NCBI GenBank assembly: GCA_951813565.1
Contig: OX638351.1
Span: forward strand, 1,600,001-1,664,000
Direction of reading: 5' to 3'
DNA from: an uncultured Poribacteria bacterium
GTDB taxonomy: Bacteria; Poribacteria; WGA-4E; WGA-3G
Length of the DNA stretch: 64,000 nucleotides
Position numbers and translations under genes: made by a program. Below the pieces are notes generated by a model that was given only the letters and a program-made list of their open reading frames with translations, did not search any database and was not told the origin of the DNA. This document shows positions 21,451 to 32,115 of the stretch, piece by piece (the first letter of the stretch is position 1; every line of letters begins with the position of its first letter).

Positions 21451-23196
21451 CTAATCTAAGTCACTAAGCCACTTCTTAATATCTGCTATAAGTGCTTTAT
21501 CTCCTGACGCTCCAATACGCTTTTTTCGTATAAAGAGGAGGCTTGCTTCTCTTTTCACAGATTCCAAAGCAGATAGAAAATTCTGCTTTGCCTCCCAAGT
21601 TCTTCCCAAGCGTGCATTCGCAATGCCACGATAGTAGTAAGTTTCGGCAGAATGACCTCCTTCATGGATGACATGAGTATAGTCCTTGAGAGCATCTTGA
21701 TGCTGTCCAAGTTCTCGCTTAACCTCCGCCCGATTAAAGTATGCTTCGCTTTTGTATTCTTTGGACCAAATATAGGAGATGTCGGAGCGGATAACATGCG
21801 TATAATCCTTGATAGCATCCTGATGTTGCCCGAGTTCTCGCTTGGCATTGCCCCGATCAATGTAGACTTCAATATAATTAATAGGATCAAATCTTATTAC
21901 TTTGTCATAATCAGTAATAGCGGCAGCGTATTGACCAAGTTTTGCTTTCAAATCAGCCCGCTTTTGGTAAGCAACAATACGTCGTGGTGCTATATGAATG
22001 GCTTGGGTATAATCTTTGATGGCAGCCCCGTATTGTTCCAGTTGTTTCTTCGCATTGCCCCGAAGGATGTAAAGATAGGCAGCATTTACTAAGGTGTCAG
22101 GATTGGTAGGGATGAGTTGAATGCACTGAGTATAGTCTTTGACAGCGGCAGCGTATTGTCTAAGTTCTCTCATCAGAAAATTTGCTCGACAGTAATAACC
22201 ATAATAATTATCGGGGGCAAGGAGAATGGCCGTATTATAATCAGAAATAGCGGTCTGATATTGTCCAAGTTCTCGTTTTACATCTGCTCTACTAAGATAA
22301 GCATCAGAATAATTAGGCTTGAGTCGGATCGCCTTGTCATAATCAGAAATAGCGGCAGCGCGTTGTCCCAGGCTTTTCTTCGCTCTTCCACGTCCCAAGT
22401 AAGCATCAGAATAATCAGGGTTCAAGTGGATAGCTTGAGTAAAGTCCGCGATTGCGCCTTTTCTGTCATCGTAAAACAACTTTCTATAACCTCTTCTAAA
22501 GTAAGTCTCAGCAGATATAGATTGTTTTCCTTGCGATAAAGGTTTTGCTGGCTTCTTCTGCTCCAGTAGTGCCTTGAGATATTTTGATGGAATCGCAAAA
22601 TTGAGATTCTGTGCATCCAAGGCAGGGTGTCCAGCAACGGAGACTCCAATAACTTCACCTTTACGGTTTAGCACGGGTCCACCACTACTCCCGGGAGAAA
22701 TCGGCGCAGTCATCTGCAGCCGTTCTTTCGTGAGTTTATCTCGGCGGCTACTGATAATACCATCCGAAAACGTCCCTTCCAAACCTTTCGGGTTACCAGC
22801 AACGTAAACCGTCTCACCAATCCGAACTTTATCACTATCTCCAAGAGAAAGCGGTTTGATACCAAACGCCGTTACCTTTAGCAGGGCAAGGTCATTTGTC
22901 TTGTCAGTTGCTGTAACGCCTTCAATATTGTATGTGGTGTTCTTACCAACCAACTTTGCAGTGCCTTTTGCTGCACCTTCAATCACGTGGTAGTTGGTTG
23001 CAATAATGTTGAATTTCACAAAGAATCCGCTACCGATGCCCAAGGTTTTGCCATTTTTATCCTTCATCTCTAAGTATACCGTCGCTGCTAACGCTTTTTC
23101 GGCAATATCTTCGGCAGGCAGGGTGGTTTGCGCAGGTGCGGTGTTTATTATGCAAAAGAGGAGGAGTGCTATAATGGTGGTTTGGGGAACGGCCAC
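21451..23196 (-). CDS. Secreted trypsin-like serine protease with TPR repeats
   Basis: Signal peptide, ATNYHV, DLALL, ISPGSSGGP triad motifs; multiple AY..RG...AI.DY TPRs. Confidence 0.9.
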   Translation of the reverse strand: MAVPQTTIIALLLFCIINTAPAQTTLPAEDIAEKALAATVYLEMKDKNGKTLGIGSGFFVKFNIIATNYHVIEGAAKGTAKLVGKNTTYNIEGVTATDKTNDLALLKVTAFGIKPLSLGDSDKVRIGETVYVAGNPKGLEGTFSDGIISSRRDKLTKERLQMTAPISPGSSGGPVLNRKGEVIGVSVAGHPALDAQNLNFAIPSKYLKALLEQKKPAKPLSQGKQSISAETYFRRGYRKLFYDDRKGAIADFTQAIHLNPDYSDAYLGRGRAKKSLGQRAAAISDYDKAIRLKPNYSDAYLSRADVKRELGQYQTAISDYNTAILLAPDNYYGYYCRANFLMRELRQYAAAVKDYTQCIQLIPTNPDTLVNAAYLYILRGNAKKQLEQYGAAIKDYTQAIHIAPRRIVAYQKRADLKAKLGQYAAAITDYDKVIRFDPINYIEVYIDRGNAKRELGQHQDAIKDYTHVIRSDISYIWSKEYKSEAYFNRAEVKRELGQHQDALKDYTHVIHEGGHSAETYYYRGIANARLGRTWEAKQNFLSALESVKREASLLFIRKKRIGASGDKALIADIKKWLSDLD

Positions 23197-23294
23197 AATA
23201 ATTTATCTTTGTGTTTCATATATGCTTCCTTAAGATAATCTATAGGATGTCAATGTTGGAGAAAGTTGTGCATCAACCCAAAACTTCATTTGGT

Positions 23295-23660
23295 TTAAAT
23301 GTTATACTTGTCCTGATTTTGCCTTGTCACAGTTTGTTCTATACTTACGCTTACAACTTCGCCCTTCTTAAGAGTTTTCAACACAACATTCACCTGAGGA
23401 ATCAACGGGGCAAGATTTGTGTATCGGTTACTCTCGGCATGCAACAATACAATGCCTATTTGAATTTTTTCCAAGTTTTGCTGATACAAAAACCCTTTGT
23501 CCATTGTGATAAAGGCATTAAACTCAACCGAAGCTTTTTGCAAGAGTTCTCCATTTTTTATACCGTTCCACCCCCGATATCCAACTGTGACAACTTCAAT
23601 TGGGGCGGCGAAAAGTTGTCTCAGTCTGTGAGGTAGATGCTCATCAAGCAACACGCGCAT
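23295..23660 (-). CDS. DUF5615/VapC45-like PIN toxin
   Basis: MRVLLDEHLP...GWNGIKNGELL...FITMDKG. Confidence 0.8.
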   Translation of the reverse strand: MRVLLDEHLPHRLRQLFAAPIEVVTVGYRGWNGIKNGELLQKASVEFNAFITMDKGFLYQQNLEKIQIGIVLLHAESNRYTNLAPLIPQVNVVLKTLKKGEVVSVSIEQTVTRQNQDKYNI

Positions 23661-23859
23661 TAGCGAACTCCAGAGTCATCTGCAAATAAGCCACTGCCTG
23701 CTCACGTGAGACTGTCGGGAAATCATCAAGGAATATATCAAGTGAGTCGCCTGCAACAAGGTGTTGAATCAGGCTTTCAACCGGCACGCGAGTGCCAGCA
23801 AAAACCAAGGTGCCGTGCATCACACTTAGATCTTGGGAGACAATTTGTTCTTTCTTCAT
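23644..23859 (-). CDS. DUF433 antitoxin (VapB45-like)
   Basis: MHGTLVFAGTRVPV...GDSLDIFLDDFPTV; overlaps the PIN gene. Confidence 0.88.
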   Translation of the reverse strand: MKKEQIVSQDLSVMHGTLVFAGTRVPVESLIQHLVAGDSLDIFLDDFPTVSREQAVAYLQMTLEFANARVA

Positions 23860-23988
23860 CTTATGTTCTCTTCCTTATACGTTTTCGGAGGATAGTTTGT
23901 CCTGCAGATTGAACATTTTGTTAACAATATGATAACTCATTCCACGAAAAATGTCAAGGTCAACGCGCGAATCATTTCAACTTTTACC

Positions 23989-24017
23989 TTGACTTTTAAT
24001 CAGATTTTTTATACAAT
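23989..24017 (+). promoter_or_regulatory. Sigma-70 promoter of the TCA cluster
   Basis: TTGACT-N17-TACAAT. Confidence 0.6.
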
Positions 24018-24180
24018 ATGTTAAAGACGTAAAACAACCAGTCAGCAAACTTTCTTAAAAAATGGAATCTGAAAACCTCAACCGTTCACGCGCGACTTTT
24101 CAGGTAGGCTTGCCAGCTGTGCTTTCACGGAGTTATGTGTTTCTGGACGAATCAGATTCTTGACGGACGAAGGAGATTTC

Positions 24181-25740
24181 ATGTTGAACAAAAATTTGGA
24201 GGCAAAACGGGAAGCGGCGGTCAAAGAAATCGTGTCTGAAGTCCCCGAAGCCTCGGCGTATGCTCCCGTAACAGAGTCAATGGCTAAGGCGACAGCGTTA
24301 GGCGAGGGAGAAATTGCAGCGGTACTCAAAAGTTTCAGTTCAATGCCGCAATCCACAAATGTTTTTGCGAATCCCGTGTTACACAAGACCGCCGTGGACT
24401 GTGGCGGGACGCAGATTACCCTGAATATCCGAAGTTTTGGAATTCGCGGTATTGTCTCAGAGAGTGAGATTATTGCCAACCGACTCAGCCCCGCGCATGT
24501 TATTTTCACCGGTCTCTTTGGTAGAAGACCTGAAAAACCCTCCGATGATATAGACGAACAAGTTCTCTTTTCAGAATTAATAGATAAGAAATTTTATCAG
24601 TTTACTGAAACCCGCAGAGAGGGTCTAACAGGTAATCAACGTCTCATCAATCAGGTTGCAGATTTTGTTAAAGCTTTCCCTGAAGCAGGACCTGAAGCGG
24701 CCATCCAACATTTTTCAACACTTCGCAAGCTGAGTATCCCAGACCAAAAAGGGATAAATAGCACAAGAGATTCCGGCTCTTTGCTGTTGGAGTTTATTGA
24801 TACGCACATGGAAAACGTCGCATTAGGCACAATATCCGTCTACATGCGACATCAGTTGAGAGAAAGCAGTGCGTTGCACCCACAAGTCCTCGCGATGCGA
24901 GCGAACGACCTTATTGGAGAACACCAAAAAAACGGAAAAACAGCCTTCCAAACATGTTATAGTCTCCTTTTAGGCAGAGAAGCGAGTCTTGTTGAAGCAC
25001 ATATTTTAGAACGTATGGGAGTCATACAAACGCACCACGGCTCCGCGGGGTCAAACGTCGTTGCCCGTTATCTTGCTACCTTACACACAGGCGCTGTTTC
25101 CGACTTCTTTGTTGCTGCACAGATGGCTTTAGATGGTGACCGACATTTCGGTGCTATTCACGACATGACATCGTTTATCAATCAAATAGAATCGCTTGAT
25201 ACTGCTGAGAGAGAAGACGCAATCCGAGAACGAATGCGCACAGCACTACCAACCTTTGGACATCCTGAAATCGCTGCCGCTGGTAGAACAGATGAAATCC
25301 AACAAGATCCGAGACCCGCAATCTATTTTAATCCGTTCTTGGATGCAGTTGATAAAGGTGAAATTCAACTGAACGATAAACAGAAAAAACGATTAGCAAT
25401 TATGCAACGCATTTACCAAATAGCGTTCATTGAAGGGATTGTGCGTCCCGGTCGCGAAGACGAACCGCCGCTCCGTTTAACCCCTAACACCGATTTTGGT
25501 GGATGGGCAGTCCAAGAAGGATTGGCTATCTACGAAAGCGATAGAACATTCCTAACCTACATCTTCCGCGGATTTGGTTGGATGATGGATGCACGTGAAC
25601 AACTCCAACTCAAAATTATCCGACCAGTTATCCCGCCCGAACCTGAAATTATTCCTAAGCCTTCCGATGATATGACGATTGCTAACGAAGTTGTTGCGTT
25701 ACACAATCGGATGGCAGGATCGAATACATTTGACCAATAG
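24181..25740 (+). CDS. Highly divergent citrate-synthase-fold enzyme
   Basis: THHGSAGS, ALDGDRHFGA, PTFGHPEI, DPR and TPNTDF align by eye with citrate synthase catalytic motifs; directly upstream of icd and mdh. Confidence 0.65.
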   Translation: MLNKNLEAKREAAVKEIVSEVPEASAYAPVTESMAKATALGEGEIAAVLKSFSSMPQSTNVFANPVLHKTAVDCGGTQITLNIRSFGIRGIVSESEIIANRLSPAHVIFTGLFGRRPEKPSDDIDEQVLFSELIDKKFYQFTETRREGLTGNQRLINQVADFVKAFPEAGPEAAIQHFSTLRKLSIPDQKGINSTRDSGSLLLEFIDTHMENVALGTISVYMRHQLRESSALHPQVLAMRANDLIGEHQKNGKTAFQTCYSLLLGREASLVEAHILERMGVIQTHHGSAGSNVVARYLATLHTGAVSDFFVAAQMALDGDRHFGAIHDMTSFINQIESLDTAEREDAIRERMRTALPTFGHPEIAAAGRTDEIQQDPRPAIYFNPFLDAVDKGEIQLNDKQKKRLAIMQRIYQIAFIEGIVRPGREDEPPLRLTPNTDFGGWAVQEGLAIYESDRTFLTYIFRGFGWMMDAREQLQLKIIRPVIPPEPEIIPKPSDDMTIANEVVALHNRMAGSNTFDQ

Positions 25741-25824
25741 GAAATCTTCGGTCATGAGTCCCCTATAAATAGAAAGTGTAAGCTGAACTTATAGAGATTC
25801 TGTGCGAATCAGAGAGGAATCCCA

Positions 25825-27072
25825 GTGATTGAATTTGACCAATTAACAGTCCCAACAGAAGGTGAAAAAATAGAGACATCTAATGGGCAGATGGCAGTTC
25901 CAAACAGACCGATTATCCCTGTCATTGAAGGTGACGGTATCGGGCGAGACATCATGAAAACAACCCGCCGTGTCGTTGATGCGGCTGTTCAAACCGCTTA
26001 CGGTGGCAAAAATCAGATTGTCTGGTTTGATGTGTACGCTGGTGAAAACGCCATGGACAAATACAATGAATGGCTGCCACAAGATACCTTCAACGCGATT
26101 GAGCATTTCCGTGTGGCACTGAAAGGCCCCTTGACAACACCTGTCGGTGGAGGTTTTCGTAGTTTAAACGTAACGTTACGTCAAGTGCTTGAACTTTATG
26201 CATGTGTCCGTCCTGTCCGTTACTTCCAAGGTGTGCCCGCACCTGTCACGCATCCTGAAAAGATGGATGTTGTCATTTTCCGTGAGAATACCGAGGATGT
26301 CTACGCTGGTATTGAATGGGAACAGGGAACACCGGAGGTGAAAAAGGTTATAGACCTGCTCCGCTCCGAAATGGGGGTGGAAATCCGAGAAGACTCTGGT
26401 GTCGGGATTAAACCGATAAGCATCTTCGGTACGAAACGTTTGGCACGAATGGCGATTCAGTACGCAATTGACCACGGTAGACGCAGTGTTACCTTTGTGC
26501 ACAAAGGGAATATCATGAAGTTTACTGAGGGGGCTTTCTGCGCGTGGGGATATGAACTCGCTAAAGAGGAATTTGCTGACTCAACCATTACCGAAGCAGA
26601 ACTCTATGACAAATATGACGGCAACGTCCCAGAAGGCAAAATTATCGTCAATGACCGGATCGCAGATAGCATGTTACAGCAAATTTTAACACGAACCGAT
26701 GAATACGATGTTATTGCCACGCCTAATTTGAATGGTGATTATCTTTCTGATGCAGCGGCTGCACAGGTTGGCGGAATTGGTATGGCACCCGGCGGCAATC
26801 TTAACGATGAGGTCGCGCTCTTTGAAGCAACACACGGCACTGCACCTAAATATACTGATCAGGATGTCGTCAATCCGGGTTCACTTATCCTGTCTGCGGT
26901 GATGATGTTAGAGCATATCGGTTGGCAAGAATCTGCCGACCTGATTATAGCCGGACTTGAAAAAACTATACTCCAAAAAAAGGTGACTTACGATCTGGAA
27001 CGTTTGATGGAAGGCGCAACAAAGGTTCGCACATCTGAATTCGGCGAAGCGATTATTGAAAACTTCTCGTAA
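25825..27072 (+). CDS. icd: Isocitrate dehydrogenase (E. coli type, probably NADP-dependent)
   Basis: [59 protein letters not shown]. Confidence 0.97.
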   Translation: MIEFDQLTVPTEGEKIETSNGQMAVPNRPIIPVIEGDGIGRDIMKTTRRVVDAAVQTAYGGKNQIVWFDVYAGENAMDKYNEWLPQDTFNAIEHFRVALKGPLTTPVGGGFRSLNVTLRQVLELYACVRPVRYFQGVPAPVTHPEKMDVVIFRENTEDVYAGIEWEQGTPEVKKVIDLLRSEMGVEIREDSGVGIKPISIFGTKRLARMAIQYAIDHGRRSVTFVHKGNIMKFTEGAFCAWGYELAKEEFADSTITEAELYDKYDGNVPEGKIIVNDRIADSMLQQILTRTDEYDVIATPNLNGDYLSDAAAAQVGGIGMAPGGNLNDEVALFEATHGTAPKYTDQDVVNPGSLILSAVMMLEHIGWQESADLIIAGLEKTILQKKVTYDLERLMEGATKVRTSEFGEAIIENFS

Positions 27073-27105
27073 AAACATGCTACTACACACAACAAGGAGT
27101 GCCAC

Positions 27106-27243
27106 ATGTCCTTAAAAACAAAACTTGTTCTTGGAGTCGGTCTGTTAGTTGGTGTTGGCTTCGGGATAGGGGTTGAGTTATATCGTCTTCATAAACGTAT
27201 CTTGGAAGAGTTGGTCGCAATTCGTAAGCAGGGCGAGAGGTAG
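27106..27243 (+). CDS. 45-aa single-TM small protein (not in the ORF track)
   Basis: AAGGAG RBS; MSLKTKLVLGVGLLVGVGFGIGVELYRLHKRILEELVAIRKQGER. Confidence 0.6.
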   Translation: MSLKTKLVLGVGLLVGVGFGIGVELYRLHKRILEELVAIRKQGER

Positions 27244-27291
27244 TATTGCACAACACAAATCATCAAATAATTTTTCGAAATGGAGGAAGAA

Positions 27292-28218
27292 GTGGCAAGA
27301 AAGAAAATTAGTGTAATTGGAGCCGGGAACGTTGGTGCGACAGCAGCATTCCTGATAGCGCAGAAACAACTCGGGGATGTCGTCATGATAGACATCGTTG
27401 ATGGCGTGCCGCAAGGTAAGGCGTTGGATATGGCGGAGATGGGACCAGTAGAGTTGTTTGACGCTGCAATTAGTGGTGACCTTGATTATTCCGCTACCGT
27501 AGATTCCGATTTAGTGATTATCACATCAGGTTCCCCACGTAAACCGGGGATGACACGCGAAGACCTATTGCAGACAAACGCCAACATCGTTGGAAGCGTC
27601 ACAGAAAATGTGGTAAAGCATTCGCCAAACACTATTATTATGATGCTCACCAACCCACTTGACATCATGACCTACCACGCGTGGAAGGTATCAGGATTTC
27701 CTTCACACCGAGTCGTAGGACAGGCAGGTGTACTGGATTCGGCACGGTTTCGTTATTTTATCTCGCTTGAACTTGGCGTATCGGTAGAGGACATCCATGC
27801 GCTCGTGCTTGGTGGGCACGGTGATACGATGGTGCCATTACCGCGTTATACAACCGTCAACGGCATTCCGATTCCGCAGTTGATTTCAACAGAGCGGATT
27901 GAGTCGATGGCACAGCGCACTCGCGATGGTGGTGCTGAAGTGGTCAATCTTCTCAAGACAAGCGGATATTATGCCGCAGGCGCATCACTGGCACAGATGG
28001 CAGAAGCGATTATTTTGGATAAGAAACGGTTACTGCCGTGTTCTGCACATCTCACCGGACAATATGGTATCAATGACCTCTATATCGGTGTTCCTATAAA
28101 ACTGGGCGCGAAAGGTATTGAAGAGATTATTGAGATTGAATTGACGGATGACGAGTTGGGTGCTTTGCAGGCATCTGCACAGACTTACCGTGAGGGAATA
28201 GCATTACTGGGTTACTAA
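27292..28218 (+). CDS. mdh: LDH-like malate dehydrogenase
   Basis: IGAGNVG, PRKPGMTREDL (Arg specificity), NPLD, LDSAR, GGHGD. Confidence 0.95.
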   Translation: MARKKISVIGAGNVGATAAFLIAQKQLGDVVMIDIVDGVPQGKALDMAEMGPVELFDAAISGDLDYSATVDSDLVIITSGSPRKPGMTREDLLQTNANIVGSVTENVVKHSPNTIIMMLTNPLDIMTYHAWKVSGFPSHRVVGQAGVLDSARFRYFISLELGVSVEDIHALVLGGHGDTMVPLPRYTTVNGIPIPQLISTERIESMAQRTRDGGAEVVNLLKTSGYYAAGASLAQMAEAIILDKKRLLPCSAHLTGQYGINDLYIGVPIKLGAKGIEEIIEIELTDDELGALQASAQTYREGIALLGY

Positions 28219-28358
28219 AGAATTTTGATCGTAGTAAACTCCTTTGTAGGTGAGGTTTGCTAATTGCAACTACCGTGCCCATGGAAAATTGAAATGGCCG
28301 ATTTAATACATAATCTTTATCCGTGTGCCGTACACCCCTTTCTCTGTAAAGCATAAAA

Positions 28359-29114
28359 ATGTCCAAACAAAACAGTCCCAACGAACTACAAACAGATAAT
28401 CTTAAAGACAAAGTCGCGATTGTTACTGGCGCATCAAAGGGCATCGGTAAAGCAATAGCCGTTTCTTTAGCAGATGCAGGTGCAAAGGTTGTCCTTGCAG
28501 CACGTACGCGTCAGACAGTAGAACAGGTCGCAGCAGAACTTAGAGAGTCAGGAGCGGATGCAATCGCTATCCCGACTGATGTCACAGACGTTGACGCTGT
28601 GCAAAACCTTATTCAACGGACATTAGATACCTATCAGAATCTGGATATTTTGATAAACAACGCAGGGAATGGAATATTTGGGACCGTTACAGATTTTGAT
28701 CCATCAGATTGGGATAGCGTTATCAATTCCAATTTGAAAGGGGTCTATCTTTGTGCTAAATACGCGCTTCCACATTTATTAGCACAACAAGATGGGGGTC
28801 AGATTATTAACGTGCTTTCTATCGCAGCGAAGGTTGCTTTTCCCGCTTCAAGCGCATATTGTGCCGCAAAAGCAGGTGCGCTTGCCTTAACAAAGGTCCT
28901 GGCTGCTGAGGTGCGGGACAAGAACATACGGGTAACGGCAGTGCTACCCGGTTCCGTTGAAACGCCATTTTGGGATGATATTCCACAACATCCCGATTTT
29001 GAAAAGATGCTTAAACCGGAACATGTTGCTAACGTTGTTCTGTCTGTGTGCCAACAACCGATTGGCATGGTAACCGAAGAAATTGTTGTGATGCCACCGC
29101 TCGGAATTTTGTAA
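28359..29114 (+). CDS. Short-chain dehydrogenase/reductase
   Basis: TGASKGIG, NNAG, YCAAK. Confidence 0.92.
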   Translation: MSKQNSPNELQTDNLKDKVAIVTGASKGIGKAIAVSLADAGAKVVLAARTRQTVEQVAAELRESGADAIAIPTDVTDVDAVQNLIQRTLDTYQNLDILINNAGNGIFGTVTDFDPSDWDSVINSNLKGVYLCAKYALPHLLAQQDGGQIINVLSIAAKVAFPASSAYCAAKAGALALTKVLAAEVRDKNIRVTAVLPGSVETPFWDDIPQHPDFEKMLKPEHVANVVLSVCQQPIGMVTEEIVVMPPLGIL

Positions 29115-29197
29115 ATATTTATATATTTAGCTATCGGTTTGAAGGAGACCTTCCTTAAAAACTGATAGCGATTTTGTTGGAGTTGTTCACAAAGCAG

Positions 29198-31879
29198 TTA
29201 GGTATTAAATCTACCGAGTCGCCGTCGGATACGAATTTTTTTGATAGCGCGTGTATCAGCATCTAAAATAGTGATAACTGCATCGCCGAGTTCTAATTCC
29301 CTGCCAGTTTCCGGAATTGTACCAGTACGATCAAGAATATAACCAGCGATAGTCGTATAATAATCGCCTTGAGGAATTGGTAGCCCATAGTGTTCTTCCA
29401 ATATCTCGATCTCGGTCCTGCCTTCACATTCAAGAATGTCGGGAGCAATTAAATGGATAGAATCAGGGTCATCCCGTTCATCAGCAAATTCACCAATAAT
29501 CTCTTCAATAAGGTCTTCAACAGTCACAAGACCGACAATACCGCTATATTCATCAACAGCAAATACCATCGTATGCTGGGTATTTTGAATTTCTTTGAGG
29601 AGAGCATTAATATTTTTCGATTCAGGGACAACATGTATATCTGTGCGGATGAACGGTTCGACCGTTTCAGGTTGGTCTTCAGCATAGATAACGTCTAAAA
29701 GGTTAACAATTCCAACAATGTCGTAAATACGTTCATCGTATACTGGAATCCGGGAGTAGCCAGAATCAGCAGCAATTTGCAAAAAATCCTCACATGTTGT
29801 ATTTTTTTCTATTGCAATGATATCAACGAGCGGCACCATCACCTGCCTAACAGTACGGTTTTGGAAGTTGAGTAGACGGTGAATCATTTGTCGTTGTTCT
29901 GTCAGCAGGTTTCCTGAACGTTCACCCATAGTTGCAAGCAACCGTAATTCTTCACGTTGGGCATCAGGACTGGGTGAGTTTGCACCTCTATCTATTAATT
30001 TGACGAGAGCTTTCGTTACAGTTTGGACAAAGTAGATTAAGGGAGCTAAAATATATTCAGATAATCGTAAAGGATACGCGAAACGCAAAGCAAGGGCATC
30101 CGCCTTGACACGAAAAATCGTTTTTGGCAAAATTTCTCCGAAGATAAGCAACAAAACGGTTATGTAAGTGACGGTGATTGCTGCTCGTAACTCATCTGTA
30201 AGGCTTGGCAAAATCTTTCCAGTCAATTGATCTCCAAATAGTGAAATTAGGACATTTGCGAGATTTGTTCCCACCAAAGTGAGCGCAAGCATCTTATCAG
30301 GGGATTCAACTAAACGATGGATAATTTTTGCCTTTGCGTCGTTAGTTTCAACAAGTTGGTTCATTCGGATTTTATTGACTGAGACGAGGGCAGTCTCTGA
30401 ACCCGAATAAAAAGCTGACAGCACAAGGCAGATAAGCACCGCTAAAGCAAATGAACCAATGAGTATAGCAGTATGTGTTACGCTGCCAGCACCGATTAAA
30501 AAGATGGATAATAGAAGCAGCTTCAATGGAACAGCATTTTCAACTATATTTTCCTTGTCAGGTACTTCAGATGTAGGGACTCGGATAAACAGTCCTGCGA
30601 TTAGATTGCCTTCTGTGGTAGTGATTTCAAATTCTATACCGTTTTCGTCAACATGAGATTCACCAACGGAGGGAATTCGTCCAAAAAGTCCGAGTGCGTA
30701 TCCACCGATTGTATCGGCATCATCTTCTTGGATTTTGAGTCCAAATTGTTGGTTCAGTTCGCGGATACTGATGCGTCCGATAGTTTCTATCACTAACGGG
30801 TCCTCTGAATGTTTGATATACTTTGGAGTAGAATTGTCCTTATCATGTTCATCAACGATATCACCTACGACTTGTTCAACGATGTCTTCAGTTGTAACAA
30901 TGCCGGAAATTCCGCCGTATTCATCACGGAGAATCGCTATTTTGGTTTTTTCATTTTGCAGTTGGAGTAGCAACATACCGATTTTTCGGGTTTCAAGTAC
31001 TAAAAAAGGTTCTCGAATCAATGGAGCGTCTGTATTTTTTTCCCGTTTTTCAAGAAATTCATCTATTGTAAGCGAATTTATCTCTGCAAGGCGCCACTGC
31101 GATAAATCCTTAACATAGAAAATGCCACAGATGTTATCAATTTGTTCTCGATAAATCGGAATCCGTGAAAACCCTGATTTTTTTGCCTGCGTCAAGGTAT
31201 CTTGGATAGTGTTTGAGGTAGGGACTGCAATAACTTCAGTTCTGGGAACCATAATTTCTTTTGCTTCAATGTCTCGCAATTGAAGGATATTACTCACGAT
31301 TTCGCGTTCATCAGGTGGGAGTGTTTCTTCGTGGTAGGTCTTAAAAAATTCTTGTAAATCTGTCGTTGTGAATTCTTCTGAAGGTGGTGGTTGTCCACCA
31401 AATATTGGGATAAGTTTGTCAATGATTTTACGCAGTAGCGCGCGTAGAGGGGAAATGAAAATGGAAAATGCCCACAACGGTGGTGCTGTGATTCTGGAAA
31501 AGGACTCCGCATGCTTAATTGCATAGGTTTTCGGTGTCATTTCACCGAAAATGAGCATGAGGATCACGCTGAGTGCTGTAGCAACAACAAAATGGATAAC
31601 CTCAGAAGCTTGGGGAAGTATTTTCTTCTCAACAAGCTGCACCATAATAATCGCGAATGTAACGTTAACCAGATTGTTTCCAAGGAGGACAGTAATAAAT
31701 AAACGGCGTGGATTGTCAACGAAATTGACAATTGCAGACGTGTTTCCCCGTTTGAGACGTAGTTTTTCAATTTGCACTCGCGTTAGCGCGCATAAAGCCG
31801 TCTCAGAACCGGAAAAAAAGCCGGAAAGGATAAGTAAACCTACCAATCCAATCAAATAAGGCAGTAGTGGAACTTCCAT
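29198..31879 (-). CDS. Tandem fusion of two CNNM(DUF21)-CBS-CorC (hemolysin/CorB-like) units
   Basis: FSGSETAL/YSGSETAL, FGEMTPK/FGEILPK, SRIP, DEYGG/DEYSG and CorC-type domain each occur twice in one frame. Confidence 0.88.
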   Translation of the reverse strand: MEVPLLPYLIGLVGLLILSGFFSGSETALCALTRVQIEKLRLKRGNTSAIVNFVDNPRRLFITVLLGNNLVNVTFAIIMVQLVEKKILPQASEVIHFVVATALSVILMLIFGEMTPKTYAIKHAESFSRITAPPLWAFSIFISPLRALLRKIIDKLIPIFGGQPPPSEEFTTTDLQEFFKTYHEETLPPDEREIVSNILQLRDIEAKEIMVPRTEVIAVPTSNTIQDTLTQAKKSGFSRIPIYREQIDNICGIFYVKDLSQWRLAEINSLTIDEFLEKREKNTDAPLIREPFLVLETRKIGMLLLQLQNEKTKIAILRDEYGGISGIVTTEDIVEQVVGDIVDEHDKDNSTPKYIKHSEDPLVIETIGRISIRELNQQFGLKIQEDDADTIGGYALGLFGRIPSVGESHVDENGIEFEITTTEGNLIAGLFIRVPTSEVPDKENIVENAVPLKLLLLSIFLIGAGSVTHTAILIGSFALAVLICLVLSAFYSGSETALVSVNKIRMNQLVETNDAKAKIIHRLVESPDKMLALTLVGTNLANVLISLFGDQLTGKILPSLTDELRAAITVTYITVLLLIFGEILPKTIFRVKADALALRFAYPLRLSEYILAPLIYFVQTVTKALVKLIDRGANSPSPDAQREELRLLATMGERSGNLLTEQRQMIHRLLNFQNRTVRQVMVPLVDIIAIEKNTTCEDFLQIAADSGYSRIPVYDERIYDIVGIVNLLDVIYAEDQPETVEPFIRTDIHVVPESKNINALLKEIQNTQHTMVFAVDEYSGIVGLVTVEDLIEEIIGEFADERDDPDSIHLIAPDILECEGRTEIEILEEHYGLPIPQGDYYTTIAGYILDRTGTIPETGRELELGDAVITILDADTRAIKKIRIRRRLGRFNT

Positions 31880-32115
31880 TCTTTTGAGGGACGAATTTAA
31901 TGAGATGTTCGTCCAAGAGTACTAACCTCAGTTTCTGTGCTAAAATATAGTGTGTTCAATATTGATATAACGTGATTTAATATTAATATAACATGTTAAC
32001 ACATTAAATGCAACAAAAAATTGAACTACTCAGGAAATTCAGATAAAATACATTAACACAATTAACTACCAAGCGGTACATTACCATTGAAAAACCAAAT
32101 AAAATGAGGCGGTTT

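Noticed and set aside
24020..24180. Riboswitch in the leader of the citrate-synthase-like gene
   Set aside because: Long leader, but no motif or convincing structure that I can support
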